Part shown: positions 1 through 8,647 of the stretch, in pieces
Position numbering within the stretch: position 1 is the first letter of the stretch
Layout: every line of letters starts with the position of its first letter
Assembly: GCF_006345805.1 (NCBI RefSeq)
Contig: NW_021826115.1
Coordinates: forward strand, 1 to 13,419
DNA: 13,419 nt
Direction of reading: 5' to 3'
From: Octopus sinensis
Taxonomy: Eukaryota
Made by a program: the position numbers and the translations under genes
Notes under the pieces: generated by a model
Databases searched by the model: none
Seen by the model: only the letters and a program-made list of their open reading frames with translations
Told to the model about the DNA's origin: nothing

Positions 1-101
1 TTGTTTTGAAAAACACTGTGTGAGAAAGTATATATACTATGATTATAAAATATATTTTATAATCATAGTATATATACTTTCTCACACAGCAATTACAATT
101 A

Positions 102-643
102 TACTGCGTTCCCTTTTGTTTGTTTGTGCGCATGTGAGTGTCAGTGTATGTGTGTGTGCCTATACATGCACGCATGTACGTATGTATGAGTGTGTGTGTT
201 TGCATGTGTTAGTATGTGTTAGATATGTAAATAAACAGATCAACATACAGACGGATAGGTATATAGACTATATGAACAGACACATATGGAGACATGGAGA
301 CACACATATAGAGATGCACATCCATACATACAAACATGGTACATAGTTGCATAACACATACACACAAAGAGACAGAGGTGCATACATATACAAACACATG
401 CTCACACACACATACATAGAAAATACACAAACACGGACAGGCAAGCACATAAAGATGCAGGATACGTACATACAGATGCACATATATACATACATACATA
501 CAGATGCATACACATACATATATACATACGCATGCAAACACAAACACACATATACATACGCACATGTATGTATGTATAAGCACACACACACACACACACT
601 GACCCACACACATGCGCACAAACAAACAAAAGGGAACGCAGTG
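102..643. mobile_element. Non-autonomous TIR (MITE/foldback-like) element with microsatellite-like interior
   Basis: 103-136 ACTGCGTTCCCTTTTGTTTGTTTGTGCGCATGTG is the exact 34-bp reverse complement of 609-642. Similarity continues with indels to about 207 / 530. TA lies at 100-101 and 644-645. The right terminus reads CACTG on the minus strand; the left reads TACTG, one C>T change. The superfamily (Tc1/mariner or CACTA/EnSpm-like) is not resolved. Confidence 0.7.
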
Positions 644-727
644 TAAATAATGGACGGAGTCAAGAAAAGGTTGCAAGACGCAAAGAAATTTTAGGAAAAT
701 GAAAATAAGAAATGAGTGGAAATTTTA

Positions 728-736
728 CCGGTGAGT
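728..736 (+). other. Candidate 5' splice donor (CCG|GTGAGT)
   Basis: Consensus match with the GT at 731-732. No coding exon can be attached. Such motifs occur by chance. Confidence 0.2.
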
Positions 737-1017
737 GTGTTAAATAATAAGGCACTAAAAGAGAATGACTCTCCCCAGACACAACAGAATATGCTTCAAC
801 ACACGAACTCATATAAAGAATCTTGCAAACCAAATCCAAAAACGAATTACAATATATTTATTTTAAATCATTTATTTATTTTAAATCGTTCATCTTTCTC
901 CCCCCTCTCTCTCTCTCACACACATTATTTTGGGCGCGAAAGAGTTTTGTTTTTATTTTACGGCGAGTAAAAAAGTGTTTTGTTGACAATCCATTTATTT
1001 AACAACAAAGAAACAAA

Positions 1018-1026
1018 GAGGTAAGT
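1018..1026 (+). other. Candidate 5' splice donor (GAG|GTAAGT)
   Basis: Near-perfect consensus with the GT at 1021-1022, following non-repetitive sequence. It could end a non-coding or 5'UTR exon; there is no independent support. Confidence 0.25.
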
Positions 1027-1297
1027 AACAATTTGTCAGTGAATTACACAATATAAATGAGTACAATTTTCGAGGCTTCCACCACACCCCACTCCGTTTC
1101 ACAGACCACAAAAAGGGTTTTGAGGCCAGAGTAGTTGATTCTACGCAAAAAATAAAACGATTTTTTTCTTAGTGAAAATCGTGCAAGTGTTAATCTACAA
1201 ATTTAACAACATTTTTCCATTCATTTCTGTTTATGAACAAAACATGCAATAGGTGTACGTACGTACGTGCGGTGTATGTGTGTTCTGTCTGTTGCCC

Positions 1298-1362
1298 ATA
1301 TATATTTATATATATTATATATATATATATATATAATCTATATATATATATATATATATATA
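1298..1362. repeat. Interrupted (TA)n microsatellite
   Basis: Directly visible. Confidence 0.95.
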
Positions 1363-1996
1363 ACTAATAACGAGATTTCGCCAAATTTGACGTCTATATT
1401 ACTAGCTTGGTTTGAAATAAAGAACTTGATTAGCAAGGCCGGTTGTACTGCTAGTTACTAAATATCGTTTATAATACCTATGAATCTTGAGCATACCTCT
1501 ATTTGATGTGCATGCTTCATCGGTCATTTGACATTAATGTTTTTTGCTAGTCTGATGTTTACATTTAATGACATTTACCATTTTACGCCAGAAGAAAAGC
1601 ACCAAATTAGCCTAGATAGCATCCGAACCAACTATTTAGACGGACTTGTAAACATAAAGATCCATAATATAGAATAATGTCATTACAAACAAATATATCG
1701 CCATCCTAGATTGTAGTTATCATGGACACCGGTATAACTCATTTGCATAATATTGTAAGACTCATACATTATTTCATTGAAATATATTTTGGGGAAGGAG
1801 GTAAATTGATGAGAATAATGAACACAAGGACTGTGAGCATAGAGTGCACCACTAGCAGCACAACAGGAGATAGTACAACATAGTTAATTACACCGCTCTT
1901 AATGTGAACTTTATCCTCTGTGGTGTCTTCGTATATTGTTCAAAAACCGATATTGTCAAAATGAAACACTGACTTATTATTAACTTGTCTTTTTTT

Positions 1997-2189
1997 CAAG
2001 CTGGCGAGCTGGCAGAATCGTTAGCGCTCTGGGTGAAATGCTTAGTGATATTTCGCCCGTCGCTACGTTCTGAGGCTCAAATTCCGCCGAGGTCAACTTT
2101 GCATTTCATCCTTTCAGAGTCGATAAATTAAGTACCAGTTGAGTACTGGGGTCGATGTAATTTCAGGCCTTGTGCTTATGGTAGAAAGG
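1997..2189 (+). mobile_element. tRNA-derived SINE (family 1; resembles octopus OK/OR-type SINEs) with target-site duplication
   Basis: A-box-like TGGCAGAATCG at 2010-2020 and B-box-like GCTCAAATTCC at 2075-2085. The 3' end GTAGAAAGG runs into ATTATT. Flanking direct repeat: ATTATTAACT-TGTCTTTT (1976-1993) and ATTATTAACT-AA-TGTCTTTT (2190-2209). The family name is from recall. Confidence 0.85.
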
Positions 2190-2519
2190 ATTATTAACTA
2201 ATGTCTTTTAAACATTAGTGAAACGCACGAGTTGGTGCTCTGAATCGTTCGGTCAAATCTAATGTGTTTCTTCATGTTACTTCCTTTTTCCCTTTCTCCT
2301 GTCGGCCTGTTGCGATTGACGCCCAATGTTTCTATTTTCTCCTTTTCTATACATTTCTTTGATAAGTTGCGACAATTCACAAATAACTCCCAAAAATTTA
2401 ACGGTTCTTCCTTATTGGTGTAAAATGGTAAATATCTGTAAATGTAAATAGGCAAATTAGTGGCTCGCAATTTCTTTTTCTTTGAGGTTCTGTCAACCGA
2501 GACAGTATTTCATTTTCTC

Positions 2520-2910
2520 TTGACGAGCATTTCTTCCAGAAATTTTAAACTCTGTATTGAGTAAAGTAAATTTTGTTAGCAGCGTAGCGATTCTTCATTT
2601 TACATGTTTAAGAATACTCAGTCTATAGCCAGTAGAAATGAACAGCTGCTAAGACAGAAGCCAACAGGTTTGGCATATTGAAATATAACACAACACATGA
2701 CGTTTACCGAACGTCTCCTTGCCCAAGAATTGTAGCAAACCATCAAAGTTGACAGCAAGTAGTTCAATCCAACCTCTCCTCCGCTCATCGAGGATTATTC
2801 GATAAAATGCCACAGAGAAATTGCACACATCTCTTTGGAATCTGTATGAAATTGAGGGTTTTGTTGGTATACCTGGGTCCCTCAAACGGTTTTCTTGCCC
2901 ATATGATTCA
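2520..2910 (-). pseudogene. Degenerate L1/Tx1-clade LINE ORF2 fragment (linker and start of reverse transcriptase)
   Basis: One minus frame, with two internal stops, has DGL (2744-2736) and TLLNTEFKI (2567-2541) 59 codons apart. In human L1 ORF2, DGF and (RPI)SLMNIDAKI are 60 codons apart. A neighbouring frame gives TDSKEMC (2845-2825), comparable to the L1 linker TDPTEI. The fragment is heavily decayed. Confidence 0.5.
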
Positions 2911-3399
2911 GCGCAAAATCCTTAGCACGGAAAATGCATTTTTGTATCTTTAAAGAAAATTTTTTAGGTAATAAATTACCGCTTGTATGCGATGCGGGAT
3001 AACTCCTGTGATTCTTTTTAAAATAGCTAATTATTCTTCACAGCTATTCTCTATAGTATCTGCTCAATAAATCTAATCAATGTTACTGTAAAGTTTGTCT
3101 ATAACAAGACAATCTGTTGTCAATTTACGCTTGGCTAATTCACTATTCTGATCCTTGAAATATTTATGAGCCGAAAAGAACACATTTAGCTTCCAATAGT
3201 CCTGTCCCTGTCTACTAGTACTTCAAATTTGATCGTACAACGTAAAACTTTCTGGTCATTGTGATCAATTATCTGAAGCTATGGAGAATTTAAGCAAATC
3301 TTTACGGCTAATCTAACGAAAATTCTATTTCAATATTACCTAAACTATACAAGTTCTCACTGACACATCACAGATTTAGGCACAACACAAGATGAACAA

Positions 3400-5115
3400 T
3401 GCAGAGGGAAAACAGCCCTCGATTTCTATAGTTCAGTCGTACATTCTTACCGAAGCCTACACAAACATTGTCATTCGGAGTATTTAATGGAGGAGGTATT
3501 TAACTGCCTCAAAGCGATTGAGAAACTTAATGAATCCCTACCTTAAAAATATCCCCGGACAGGCACAGTAAAATTCAGGACAATAAAAATTAAATTCCCA
3601 TCAAACATTTGACTTGCCCGAGAAAAATCTACCTCATTCAACCCTTCTCAAATATGCCTTTTAAATTTTTTACCTCAACCAAAGAGAAATTAGGATCACA
3701 TCAGTCCTTCTCGAAAACTGGTTAGTCTCACAACAAGAGCTATAAATATTCGTAGCCTGGCTTGCCTAACGATCCAAGGTCAATAATCATAAATGTGGTA
3801 GCTATCAGCTGGACGTTCATTTTTTGAAAAGCAATCAGTCGTATTTATCTTGTAGTCAGTCAGGATTGGGCAGTGATCTGGCAGTGATCTGGCAGTGTTA
3901 TTTCAGAAAGCTTTGTTTGGATTTTGTTATATGGACAATATTCCTGGATCCAGTAGGTTATTTGGTGGTGCTGGATGTGAACAGCAGTGAGAACATTATC
4001 TTCAAACAAAATCGGTCTGTGCCCCAGTAAAAGCCCCACTCATTAGTACTAGAACTACATTTTAGCATTAGAACTTCGTCTTAGATACACAGTGGAACCA
4101 TGTCGAGTTGCAACAATCTTAAAACCTTGCTCAGATAGTTCAAATAGAGTGGTCAATTACCGAAGAGATACCCCAAACTTAGCAGTATGGATATGGTGCG
4201 AATACAGCAGCTTACCATTATCATAGTAATATGATAGAGTTTTCATCAAGTCAGCGGATAGACAATGAAAGGTGTTCAAAATTTCAACTTACTTTGATCT
4301 CTGCCGACTTAGATAAGTCCCATTGATAGAGATCCTGGTAACGGAAGCGCAAAGGTTTCAGGGATGAGCTTAACTATCTAGTTACGATCAAGTGACGGGA
4401 TGGGACACTCTGAATGGAGCAATTAGATTAGAATCGGTTATTGATATATGGCAAAGAAGTAAAGATAGAGAGAAATGAATGAATGACGAATGTTGCAGAG
4501 CGTTCAGTGTCTATAAATAGATTGTTGATTTGTTTATATTGAACAGTTGTTATATACTAGACGAATGTGGTCATCATCATTATATCATGGTCGTAAAACT
4601 ACCTACCACCTTCCTTTGGCAAGGAAAACACATAGCAAATAGACTTTCTCTGCTAGGAGCTTAAAGTGAAGGAGGATAATTGGTAAAATAGATTGAAACA
4701 TTTAAGAGTGGAGACTTTTATCTCAGAGTATAATCTATGGAAAGAAAAACTGAGAATAGAGCAGGAGGTATTACTCTCCAGCAAATTTTAGGAATCGCAC
4801 ATGGGAGTAATGAAATTAACTTGACTAAATGGAGTCATTCGATGTATTTTTGAGCTGGCGGAAAATACTAGGAAAAAGCGCTGAGCTTTTTGTATCAGGT
4901 TAATCCGGAGTTGTGTTTGACTATCCTGAATCACCGAGTGTGGCCGCAACAAATTTTGAGGATCATGTTCGTATTTCTTTGTTCTGTACTATAAGTGCAA
5001 TTTATTGATACCTACTTACAAATGTGTCTTTATTGTAATTATTTATCTCATTGTAAATTCCCACATTGCTTGTCTTTTGTTTCCATAGTTTTCACCATTT
5101 TCTGTCCCCTGTGAG
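3400..5115 (+). mobile_element. Decayed L1/Tx1-clade LINE lacking the RT domain (possible ORF1 remnant, APE endonuclease, ORF2 C-terminus, 3'UTR)
   Basis: Ordered APE endonuclease motifs across frameshifts and stops: INIRSL (3742-3759), INVVAIS (3789-3809), AVLFQK, FLDPVGYLVVLDV (3941-3979), YRRDTPNLAVWIW (from 4158), YDRVFIKSADR, AIRLES (4419-4436). These are followed by ORF2 C-terminal-like segments: VQC..D...YIEQLL (4502-4552) and FLC*ELKVKEDNW*NRLKHLRVETFISEYNLWKEKLRIEQEVLLSSKF (4645-4788). A T-rich 3'UTR follows. Outer boundaries and the ORF1 assignment (3400-3720) are approximate. Confidence 0.7.
3869..3897 (+). repeat. 11-bp tandem duplication (GGCAGTGATCT x2.6) inside the LINE endonuclease remnant
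   Basis: Directly visible; it shifts the reading frame. Confidence 0.9.
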
Positions 5116-5965
5116 AATTTTTTTTATCTAAGCTTGGAATAATGTCTTTTAAATTTATACGTAGGTTTTACACTTTGCGGAAATATTGGCCTTTATGATA
5201 ATTCAGCACATTTGATCAATGTGATATTGGAATGCCTTTTTTCTGTTTCTTTCCGATGCTTTAGATTTTAGCTGGTCGCTCTCTAAATTGATTTTTTTTG
5301 TAGGATTTTGTTACTTTGGATATAATTGATTCATTACATTTTTATCGATTATCATCAATAAAGGTCTCGTAACACGTGTTCTTGTGAGAAGGAAAAAGAA
5401 TTAGTAACATTAATGACTGCCTTATTATGCACACTGAGAAATAATATTTTATTACCATCGACTCCTTTATGGATGTACAGACGTTGGACGTCATATTTAT
5501 GTCAGTATGTGGTGTTTTTAGTAGATTTCTTGAATCACAATCTATGGAATTTAGGTCTGTCACGCTCCACTCCAATAGCGCAGAGCCATATGGTACTGAA
5601 AATGTGTTTGAAGGCACAGATAGCATTTTGCTACTGAAATGACATTTTAAATATTTTCTTTTTACTCTCTTAACATATACATCTTTTATTCTCGTCCAGC
5701 ACTTATCGCATAGTTTTATTCTAATCTATTTTGTTTATGCTACATAATCACCCTTCTCAGGATTTGAAGATCATCTCTACCATCACTTAGTCTGTTTTGG
5801 TTAACCGACTTATAAAAAAGTTATCCCTTGCTAAATTGTTTAAGAATAGCGAGAGCCTCCCATATTTCGAATTATTCGGAATATTGAAATTTCAGTCAAT
5901 CATATATAGAAGACGATGGGTGTACCTGGTCCTAGTTTTCCGTACTAAATTCATTTTATTAGTAA

Positions 5966-6478
5966 CTAGCAGTATCGCCCGGCGTTGCTCGGGTTTGTAA
6001 GGGAAATAACTATATAAGCATTTTTAGAGAGTTACTTCCCTTATAGATGCCAATTCGGGCTTTCTTAGCCATTTCTGTTTTGGTGTCTTCAAGCCATGAA
6101 GTCGTTGTTCTAAAAGAACGTTGGTCTCCTTGACAACGCTTTACGACGTTGATTTCCTTACACTCTCTTCCCCACAGCTTCACGAGGGAGGGAAGAAGGG
6201 GGAGAAGCAAACAGGTGCAGGTGTGACCATGGACGCCAACTCCGCCGTCATCGACACACGAAAAATTATGCATTAAAATGGAATAAAAAATGATGTTAAC
6301 TTATTTTTAAAATCGTAGACTCATCGTAGACGCGCGCTAATAGTCAGACGGGCTCGATATGAATCACGACAATAAGATACCCGAATTTGGTTAAACTGCA
6401 CCGCAAAATGTGGGAGTAGTTAGGAATCTAAATCGAAGGGGACAGACACTCACACAACTACAGTTTTATATATATAGA
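5966..6478 (-). mobile_element. Complete non-autonomous Helitron (513 bp)
   Basis: The minus strand starts TCTATATATATAAAAC (TC at 6478-6477) and ends CTAG (5969-5966). The GC hairpin CCCGAGCAACGCCGGG (5993-5978) ends 12 nt before the terminus. The element sits between A (6479) and T (5965) on the minus strand with no TSD. These are the canonical Helitron hallmarks. Confidence 0.9.
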
Positions 6479-6582
6479 TGAGTGGTAAAAAACTTGCTTC
6501 CAAATCATATGGTTCTGGGCTCACTCCCACTGTGTGACGCCTTAGGCAAGTGTTCTAAAGCCGTTCAAAGCCTTATGAATGT
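6479..6582 (+). mobile_element. Degenerate 5' head of SINE family 2
   Basis: Aligns to the reverse complement of 13363-13230: TGGTAA..., CATATGGTTCTGGGCTCACTCCCACTGTGTGACGCCTTAGGCAAGTGT versus CACATGGTTTCGGGTTCAGTCCCACTGCGTGGCCCCTTGGGCAAATGT, then AAAGCCTTATGAATG versus AAAGCCTTGTGAGTG. Confidence 0.8.
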
Positions 6583-7016
6583 GACATTAGCATATATCCT
6601 GTGACCATAACTTCTCAGCAGAAGAATTTGATAATCTCCAAAAATATAAAGATTTGCTAATCGAAATCGAAAAGATGTGGCATCTCAAAACGGCTACAAT
6701 AACAGTAATTATAAGAGCACATGGAATGATCAAAAAAATAACTGAATTTTTTTTACGAATGATCCCTGACTTACCATCCATGTAGGAAGTGCAAGAGATT
6801 GTCATAACTGGTACGTCACAGAAAGTATTGTCACTGTGAATTTTCTTTCCCTTTTCTTTTTTATTTTCTTTGCCTACTTTGTATTTTTTCTTCCCCTTTT
6901 ACTCTATCACATAGATTTATAAATGAACAATCTGGCTTTCCAATGCACATAGTACGTTTCTCTGCCCTAAGCGTCAGGAAGACACTCGGCAAGAAATGGA
7001 TGCAGAATTAAAAGAT
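6583..7016 (+). mobile_element. R4/Dong-clade non-LTR retrotransposon 3' end: C-terminal half of restriction-like endonuclease, stop codon and 3'UTR (piece A)
   Basis: DISI (6583-6594), then a 2-nt insertion, then SCDHNFSAEEFDNLQKYKDLLIEIEKMWHLKTATITVIIRAHGMIKKITEFFLRMIPDLPSM*EVQEIVITGTSQKVLSL* (6597-6839). This matches the D...E..K..KY.DL..EI..MW / P(V)IIGALG pattern of RLE-type retrotransposons. About 175 bp of UTR follows, then the microsatellite. The frame is absent from the supplied ORF track. Confidence 0.85.
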
Positions 7017-7017
7017 G

Positions 7018-7074
<57 letters not shown>

Positions 7075-7113
7075 TACTACTACTATACTACTACTAATAA
7101 TAATAATAATAAT

Positions 7114-7163
<50 letters not shown>

Positions 7164-7195
7164 CAACAACAACAACAACAACAATAACAATAACA

Positions 7196-7252
<57 letters not shown>

Positions 7253-7262
7253 TAATAATAAC
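7017..7262. repeat. Compound trinucleotide microsatellite (CTA)n-(TAA)n-(CAA)n-(TAA)n
   Basis: Directly visible. It accounts for the poly-L/N/I/Y ORFs 7015-7281, 7072-7311 and 7113-7316. Confidence 0.97.
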
Positions 7263-7674
7263 AAAATTGAAGAGCAATTGACAGTATGTGCTGATGTAGA
7301 CCATGCAACAATCCATCAGGGGCTGAGACGTTCAGGACTGAAACCAGAGATTGAAGGTTTCATATTGGCGGCACAAGATCAAAGCTTGCTTACCAAAAAC
7401 TAGCAGGCTAACGCTCTTCAAAATGGTTCTGACCCGAAACGCAGATTCTGCAATAAATTTGATGAAACAACAGGCATGTCGTCTCAGGGTGCTCTGTGCT
7501 GACACCAAAAGAATGTAAAAATCGCTACGATAGGGTAGAACAGTATTTACATTGGAAAATATGCAAACACTTGAAGGTAAATATATCACTATCTACTGGG
7601 ATTTTCCAGTCAACACCGCTAGAACGATCCAGGATAATCGACCAGACATAATCATTAAAGACAGAGAAGAAAAT
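7263..7674 (+). mobile_element. R4/Dong-clade retrotransposon fragment: post-RT region, CCHC zinc knuckle and N-terminal half of RLE (piece B)
   Basis: ADVDHATIHQGLRRSGLKPEIEGFILAAQDQSLLTKN*QANALQNGSDPKRRFCNKFDETT (from 7290). After a 1-nt frameshift, HVVSGCSVLTPKECKNRYDRVEQYLHWKICKH (from 7475), giving a C-x2-C-x8-H-x4-C knuckle with the first C read as R (CGC). After an internal deletion, EGKYITIYWDFPVNTARTIQDNRPDIIIKDREEN (7573-7674), which carries the catalytic PD motif. Confidence 0.9.
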
Positions 7675-8041
7675 GGCTGTGCCATTCGCCTTTGTTCGGC
7701 TTCGTGTGAATGTTGGCGTTCGACTGAGCAAATTATATTTTTTTATATACTCTACTGAATATCTGAAAATGATTATTTAAATTGATGTTATTAATTAATA
7801 TTCAATTTTTTCACCCTTATTGTGATTTTAATTATAAATTAATATGTTCTCAAACCGGCAGTAAATTACTGGGGTAGTATTTACATCCGGGTTTAGCGCG
7901 CGAGAATGAGGATATTTGAACGTAACTGCAGATATAATCGGCTGAGCCATTCGCCTTTGTTCGGCTTCGTGTGAATGTTGGCTTTCGACTCAGCAAATTA
8001 TATTTTTTTATATACTCTACTGAATATCTGAAAATGATTAT
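7675..8041 (+). repeat. 102-bp direct repeat pair (7675-7776 and 7940-8041), period 265 bp
   Basis: The copies differ at 3 of 102 positions by manual alignment, with no indels; the spacer is 163 bp. The parent element is unidentified. Confidence 0.95.
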
Positions 8042-8241
8042 GTAAGTAAAATTACACAATCTATTAACGGTGAAACAATTGTATAGAGTTAATCTATTTT
8101 TTTGTTATTTTTCATTTGTCCTGCTCGTTTACATTCTTGGCGCGTTGAACTAATTCTTGAGAACAATTCTTTAGTGATGGATTCCCTTCGTGGATCTATA
8201 TCTAGCGTTAGAGTGACCATATGTGAACTCTCTCTCATTAC

Positions 8242-8244
<3 letters not shown>

Positions 8245-8276
<32 letters not shown>
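8245..8276. repeat. (TA)n microsatellite
   Basis: Directly visible; TA/CA low-complexity sequence continues to about 8355. Confidence 0.95.
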
Positions 8277-8281
<5 letters not shown>

Positions 8282-8647
8282 AATACAGATATATACACTT
8301 TGTATATATACATATATATACATATTTATATAAAGAACACACACACACACATATAAATTAACCCAATAAATATCTGATTCATAATATTTGTTCTCATGAT
8401 TGTGTGGTGGTCGTGGCGATGATAATTCTCTCTATGAATGCAGACGGACGTAAAGAGAGAGAGAGAGAGAGAGACAGCGCTGGTGAAGGCGGCGGGGGAA
8501 AGATATTAGACTTTCCCTCGCTTTCTCTTACTCTTTATCTTTCTCTCTCCCATTTATAAACAACAAAGGATCTTAAGTTGAGAAAGAAAATATTTTTACG
8601 CTTTTTAAACCCTTCGTCGTTATTCTCATTCACTCATTATTACTTTC

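Noticed and set aside
20-676. ORFs 20-346, 209-676, 268-663, 347-646 and 402-629
   Set aside because: C/V/Y/M- or H/T-rich translations of CA/TG dinucleotide sequence within the TIR element; no domain signal.
716-970. 84-aa ORF starting at GTG
   Set aside because: No recognisable motif; it crosses AT-rich and (CT)n sequence and has a non-ATG start in a eukaryotic context.
1507-1679. Open frame of about 57 codons (…MFTFNDIYHFTPEEKHQISLDSIRTNYLDGLVNIKIHNIE) with a TTTGCTAG acceptor-like site
   Set aside because: Short, no convincing donor, no recognisable family; within chance expectation.
2003-2090. tRNA gene at the SINE heads (also 13363-13295)
   Set aside because: A and B boxes are present but no full cloverleaf or 3' end; the downstream sequence is SINE body.
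2198-2470. 90-aa minus ORF downstream of the RT fragment, considered as RT continuation or a GIY-YIG domain
   Set aside because: Expected motifs (QxGF, DxxKAFD, or GIY/YIG) are absent in the frames read.
2642-2953. Long plus-strand frame interrupted by one TGA (selenocysteine or read-through idea)
   Set aside because: It is antisense to the RT remnant, has no recognisable protein similarity, and no SECIS-like element was identified.
5751-6000. Acceptor-like CCCTTCTCAG|G at 5760 and ORF 5797-6000
   Set aside because: All three frames after the AG stop within 15 codons; the ORF runs into the Helitron end and has no domain.
6010-6273. 87-aa minus ORF inside the Helitron as a captured gene or Rep/helicase fragment
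   Set aside because: No HUH or helicase motif and no recognisable host protein.
7015-7316. Poly-L/N/I/Y ORFs (also 9574-9774 and 9729-9935)
   Set aside because: Translations of trinucleotide microsatellites.
7785-7825. Resemblance to 12027-12062 (ATTAAT…ATTTT…CCCT…ATTG)
   Set aside because: Too short and AT-rich to distinguish from chance without a consensus.
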